Assembly: GCF_018350175.1 (NCBI RefSeq)
Contig: NC_058368.1
Coordinates: 232,936,001 to 233,000,000 of the forward strand
Origin: Felis catus
Taxonomy: Eukaryota
DNA length: 64,000 nucleotides
Direction: 5' to 3'
The position numbers and the translations under genes are program-made. Numbering within the stretch: position 1 is the first letter of the stretch; each line of letters begins with the position of its first letter. Under the pieces are notes generated by a model. It was not told the DNA's origin. It saw only the letters and a program-made list of their open reading frames with translations, and did not search any database. Shown in pieces: positions 58,359 through 64,000 of this stretch.

Positions 58359-59303
58359 AAATCTGAATTTTGTAAAGTACCAATCCACTCTTTTATGCTA
58401 CTGACTCTGTATGCTAGGCTATAAACTACAGATTATTAACACTTTTCACCCAAGGTGGCTGTGATTAATTAAAAATACAACATGCACAACGGCATTGTGG
58501 ACACCAGTCAGCTCTTTGTTCCCTCCTTCTCCATTTTGTTCTCTTTTTCTTTCTTCCATGCTTCCTGCCTTTTCTGTAAAATAGTAGATACTGCAATACG
58601 GCTCACCGCCCCCATCCGTAACGTTCCCTGAATGAACACCACCGCGTAACAGCAGGATCCGCTCTCCTTCCGCGGGCTTGCCTCTGCTCCCCTTCCCTGG
58701 GGTCCCACCTCTACTCTGCCAGTCACTTTCCTGCCATTTCCTTCCCATTCCTCTGGTCAAGGCGTGGAGACCCGTCTGGCGGCGGGCGTGGGTGTGTTTA
58801 ATTCTTGCAACTGCCCTGTCCTGCACGTGCATGGGGGGGTGAACACCACGTGGCCAAGACCCCGCCAGCACCCCCACCCCCCACCCCGGCGCCCCATCAG
58901 CCGGTGTCCCACGGCTTCAGGGGGATCAGACGCACACTATTGGGGCCCACCCGCAGGTGTTTGCAGCAGAAAAAGCTGAGAAATGCTGGAGAGGACAGGC
59001 TTGTGCGGAAGTTCCTCCCGAGCCACCTTTGGCCTGAGATGATGCTCGTCCTTCCCCCCAAAGCCATGCATAGGCTTTCCAGGTTCTACCTGTGACGCTA
59101 AAAGCAAAACGAATTTCCACAAACGTCTTGGTCAGATGGACGGATAGTTTTGAAAAGTGATTTAAAGGAAGTGCGTTCAATGGTGTGCTTCTTCCGCGTG
59201 GATCTACACGGCTGTTTCAGGGCTTTTTCTAGCTAAGGCCTCATTAAAACCAAATATCAAAACAAGCTGAACCGGAACCAAGATTTTAAAATGTAAGGAA
59301 GCA

Positions 59304-59461
59304 GGGACGCCTGGGAGGCTCAGTGGTTAAGTGACCGACTTTGGCTCAGGTCACGATCTCACTGTCTGTGAGTTCAAGCCCCTGTGGGCTCTGTGCTGAT
59401 AGCTCAGAGCCTGGAGCCTGCTTTCAATTCTGTGTCTCCTTCTCTCTGCCCTTCCCCACAT

Positions 59462-59501
<40 letters not shown>

Positions 59502-59558
59502 CTCTCTTCTCCCCTCTCTTTCTCTCTCTCAAAAATGAATAAACATGAAAAAAATTTT
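59304..59558 (+). mobile_element. CAN-SINE
   Basis: TSD AAT(G/A)TAAGGAA on both sides. Confidence 0.94.
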
Positions 59559-62414
59559 AATATAAGGAACTATTTCAAGCATTTCAATCACACTGAAAAT
59601 ATCAGTATGCTTATAATGGAATGATCGTGTTTTTCATGAGAGCCATCATTAATATAAATATAAAGTAACTTTAAGGAAAAGAAAAACAGGGATGGAGGGG
59701 GTTCAAGGAGAGAAAGGGAGAGACATAGAACTAGGATTTCCAGTTTCTTTCCTTTCTTTGTGTACAGGCCGTGGCTCCCTCCCCCTGGTCAGCCTCCGTC
59801 CTTCACCGGGACAAGCTCTCCTCAGCCTTAAGGTACATCAGGGTAGGGCTCAGAGAGGTGTCCCTGACCACTGCAGACTTAGTTGAGCACCCCCCCCCCA
59901 CCCGGCCATGTTTTTTCACAGTGCCACCTGCCTACGGCTGTCACCACATGGCCTCGGGAATGTGAAAACCCATTTAATGTCTCCCTCAGTAATGGTGACC
60001 GCCACCCCCACCCAGAGGAAACCTTGTTCTATTCACCTTTGAAATTGCAGAGCCTTTCTCTGGATCTGACAAATCACGAGCCTTTATTTGACGTTTGATT
60101 GGTGAATCAGTGAGCACAAACTACAGAAAAAAGGTAGATAGAAAGAAAGGAGGGAAGGGTACGGTAATAAAATTAGGTTCCAGACGAGGAAACATGGCGT
60201 AGTGATGCCGGACGATTGAGAACACTCCAGTGAGGAATCTTCTCGCTTCTTCTCTTGTGGCAATAATGGCCCCGTCTCGAAGAAACCACAGGATGGAGCA
60301 GAAGAACCCACAGGCCTCCAAGATGAGCAGTGGCCAACTTCAGGGGCTGGTCAAGGTGAGAAAACGCTTTCCGGCTCCTTATGGGACAAAGGTTTTGTGG
60401 TCTAACTGAAATCCACCTTCCTTTGTCTTTACCCAGTTCTCTTACAAGTAGTCACAAGTGTTTGGTTTAAATGATAAAGTTTATAAAAGCCTCAAGTGCA
60501 GAAAGTTGCCATCTGATAGTCTATTTTGTTACAATAGAATTCGTTGTGTTATCTGGGCTGGAATTCGTTGACCCCCATACCCCCACGGACCAAGACATTT
60601 CCACCTATCCAGGTAGCAGTTATTCCTTATTGCATCCACCTGTTCTGTGTCCACTTCAGTGCCCGGGAGTGTGGTGACCAGGGACTGAGGGGGATGGGGA
60701 GGGAGAGAGCAGGTGACGTATTCTTACACGTCTTCTTATTTCTGTTCCAAGCGTTTCTTGGCTTCGGCCTGCCCCCTGCCCCTTTTCAACCTCCTCCACC
60801 TCTTGCCATGTCTGTTCACCTGGCTGCCCTGGGATCCCGTTCCTGGCTCCCATCTCCACCTTCCTCAGCCTAGCTCTCCTTGGCACAGGTCCACCCATCG
60901 GTAAAACCCACCTGATAATTGCTAATTCTAGGAAAACGGGGAAATGGACATACACCCTCTCTTTTAGCTTTCCTAAGGTCACGCAGTCGCTTAGTAACGG
61001 AACTGGAAACTTTATTTTTATCTCCGGACTAGAGATAGTCTATCTCCAGAGAAACCAAGGGGGTCTCCACCAAATCAGTGAACTCAGAGCCTGCCCTAAT
61101 TCTTCAAAGTCAGTGAAGCACAATTCATTGCCCGGTATCATCCAGAAGTGGTCTTGGAAATAACATAATACTGAACTTCTGGTACAGAATGACCAACGCC
61201 TATCAAGAGATTAGATAGGAATATTAAACAGCACCAAATATCTTCACAGTGGGTGTCTAATACACCCACTCCCCCTTTATAGTTCCTTTCCAGCTTTTTT
61301 GTCTGTCTCTAAATTTCATTGAATTTACTGTTTAAAGTCTTTTGAATCCAAATATAGTCTTTTATTCGTTCAGTAATGAATTTGCTATAAAATTTTGACT
61401 CGGGCCAGCTTTAAGCAGCCGGGTGGGCTAAGCCAGGAGCATCTGAGGATAGGGGCAGCGACCAAGGTGGTATCTACCCCAAAGACCAAGGAATGGGGGG
61501 CAAAACTTAATATTTACCTGACATCGAGAGCAGGACATCTCTGCTCCTGCCTTAACACCAGATAACATGGCACCATGGTCTTGACTGGCCCGTCTTTGGC
61601 TGGGAACCTCTTACTCTGCTATGCCTAACAGTCCCTTTGAGGAATAATCAGGGTTTGTCTTTTTTTTTTTTCCCCTTCTTGCCCTCTGTACCTTATTTCT
61701 ACATATGCTTTACATTAGAGATAATCTAACCTATTGGCTGCCCATGGGAAATATCTTTAGATTTATTCATTTATTGATAGAGCAGGTCAACTGGAAATTT
61801 AATCTAATATATATTTAAATGGAAATAATAAGAACAGAGACCTCTATTACCATATATCACAGGCCTTGTATCCCAGCCAAGCTCATTTATTTGGAGATCT
61901 CTGCTATTGCACACTTTAAAAAGTATTAGGTAAAATTGAATCAGCATAATAACAATATTTCTGCTCATATCCTTCTTCACTTCTAATCTACTACACAGCC
62001 CTTGCAATCATGTAATGGGATTATACGATACAATTTGGATTGCCTGGATTTATTTTCGTTTGCCTCCAAGAGGCTATCTGACAAATACTGAGTGTGGATT
62101 TCTGGAGAGCAAACAGACTTCCTTTCTCAGCGACGGGCATTTTGTCATTTAAATTCATTATCAGGGAATGTAAGATCACATTAAATCCACAGAAAATAAT
62201 CTTCCTGTTTAGGAACAGCTGAATTTCCTCTCTCAAAATATGTAAAATCCCTACCGTATAATAGATTTGGTTTTTGTTGTTTTTTTTTTTTTTTACCATG
62301 GAACATAGATGAACATTAATATTTCTACCAAAGCATTTATTTATTGTATTTATTAGATTCTAATATCAGTTCCAATTGTTTCCAAATAAGTTTGACTTTA
62401 AAACTAGTAAATGA

Positions 62415-62628
62415 GGGGCGCCTGGGTGGCGCAGTCGGTTAAGCGTCCGACTTCAGCCAGGTCACGATCTCGCGGTCCGTGAGTTCGAGCCCCGCATCGG
62501 GCTCTGGGCTGATGGCTCAGAGCCTGGAGCCTGTTTCCGATTCTGTGTCTCCCTCTCTCTCTGCCCCTCCCCCGTTCATGCTCTGTCTCTCTCTGTCTCA
62601 AAAATAAATAAACGTTAAAAAAAAATTT
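62415..62628 (+). mobile_element. CAN-SINE, young felid variant
   Basis: CpG-intact; perfect TSD AAAACTAGTAAATGA at 62400-62414 and 62629-62643. Confidence 0.98.
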
Positions 62629-64000
62629 AAAACTAGTAAATGAGACCCTATGGGTTCCTCTTTCCATTCCATGGCCCTAGTCAGTCCTCCCTCTTCTCAT
62701 GGGCACCCCAACATCCTGGAAACCATTTAGACTTGGACTTAACTAGTTGATTTTCTAGGCTGCCACGGTTCCATTTATGACCTAGGCTTTAGTCACTGTA
62801 ATTCTAAGTGGAAAGAGATCTGTGAAATCCACCTAATCCTTATCCAAAAAAGGATAAGTTTGGGGCTGACCTTCCCCACGACGCCCCGGACTCAGCTCAC
62901 TCCGTCATCTGCCCACCTGGAGCGGTTCCCGTGCCTCACGTCCTTGTCCGCCAGTCACCCTCCCCAGCGACCCATCCAAAGGGACGCTCACACCAGCGTC
63001 TTGCTGAGGCCTCTGCTCACAGCAGCAGCCTTACATCCCTCTTCTGCAAACCAAGCCTCCTCAAAAGGAACTCACCCCAAACGTGGCCTTCAAAGGTTTG
63101 GAAAGGTCCTCCAAGGCCGAGGTACCATCAGTGACAATTCAGGGATAATTCAGTGATAGTTACCAGCATGCAAAACATTTTTATTGCAACAGCAAGAAAA
63201 AATACATGGTTTAGGTAATGTCTTAGTCAAATGATGGAAAGCTTTGAATCTTCAAAAAGACTACTGACAGGAATTTGAAAACCAGGAGGCATAAAAACAG
63301 TGTGTTCCCCGCTGGGCTCCTGGCTCCTTGGCCTTGCCAGGACCTTGATGAGCAGTCGAGGGGGAGCACCTTTGATCAACAAGGTCTTCCCCTTGAGCTG
63401 ACACCGTGTGCTTGGGGAGCCTCCAGGGAGACTCAGCTAGAATGAGCTCAGGACCCAAGGACGACCCACCAGAAACACCCAAATAACTTGTCCCCTGAAG
63501 CCAATCTAGGCAGCCTGGGGACACGTCCACCCCAGAGAATTAAGCTGTTGAGCTTCTCCTTCATGTTTTTAGAAACACACAGCCAGGAAGCCTGGCCAAG
63601 GTGGGCGAGGACACCATTAAGCCACCTGGCTGTCCTGGAACCCTTCGTGTACCAACATGAATCCAGGCACATCTGTGACAGCTGCAGTTTGAGTAGATCG
63701 TTGCAAACTATTCCTGTTTTCACCCCCTCTGGCCCCCCCAGCCACTCACGGAAACTAACTTCAGTGCCTTGTCTCTACTTTACCATGTGAAGATTTTGCT
63801 ACTTCAACGACACCGGCCTGAAAAATCACATCATCTCTGAAAAACCACCGTTAGCAATGTCGAGATTTATTTGCTTTTCAGACCACCACCACGCCCCGCA
63901 TGACTGGGAACGTGTAATTGGCAAAAACAGTTTGAGAAAAACCAAGTGATGAAGGTATTTATCCCAAATTACTTTTTACATATTTAATATGTCCGATTTG

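Noticed and set aside
58600..58960. CpG-enriched patch considered as a CpG-island promoter
   Set aside because: Short and only moderately CpG-dense, with no associated exon structure I can support.
15388..61270. Isolated perfect 9-bp hairpins at 15388-15409, 29263-29284 and 61248-61270
   Set aside because: A few such hairpins are expected by chance in 64 kb; they share no sequence and bacterial-style terminators are irrelevant here.
142..62667. Many ORFs sharing peptides such as GAPGWLS, SSSPASGSVLTAQSLEP, RERERE and LSLSLS, and a recurring ~200-bp unit that could suggest a gene family or CRISPR-like array
   Set aside because: All are translations of dispersed CAN-SINE copies with individual TSDs and A tails; there is no regular repeat-spacer periodicity.
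1..64000. Search for numt, non-retroviral viral insert, processed pseudogene, snRNA/Y-RNA copy or foreign (prokaryotic) segment
   Set aside because: None recognised by eye; composition and repeat content are uniformly carnivore-like. A highly degraded copy could be missed without BLASTX/Rfam.

Overview
Mammalian non-coding DNA, almost certainly from a felid (cat family). The window is dominated by about 40 tRNA-derived CAN-SINEs of the feline SINEC_Fc type, many with clear target-site duplications (TSDs). It also holds a young 5'-truncated felid L1, two tiny L1 3'-end insertions, older L1/L2/MIR/CR1 remnants, several solo LTRs (ERV1, MaLR, one unassigned), hAT DNA-transposon fossils (Arthur1-like, MER53-like, MER20, a Charlie/MER119-like element, MER5A) and many microsatellites. 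I recognise no intact cellular protein-coding gene, RNA gene, CRISPR array, numt or non-retroviral viral insert. The only ORF with recognisable protein homology is the L1 ORF2 C-terminus at ~31.7-31.9 kb; the rest of the ORF track appears to be repeat-derived or chance. The window reads as intergenic or deep-intronic. I did not find a convincing new biological system. The most interesting signals are insertion histories (a triplicated target site, nested SINEs, a probable micro 3' transduction), closely spaced inverted SINE pairs, templated-repair-like sequence mosaics, two orphan exon-like segments and a few candidate regulatory elements. Repeat family names are recalled from consensus sequences, not from a database search, and boundaries of old elements are approximate.
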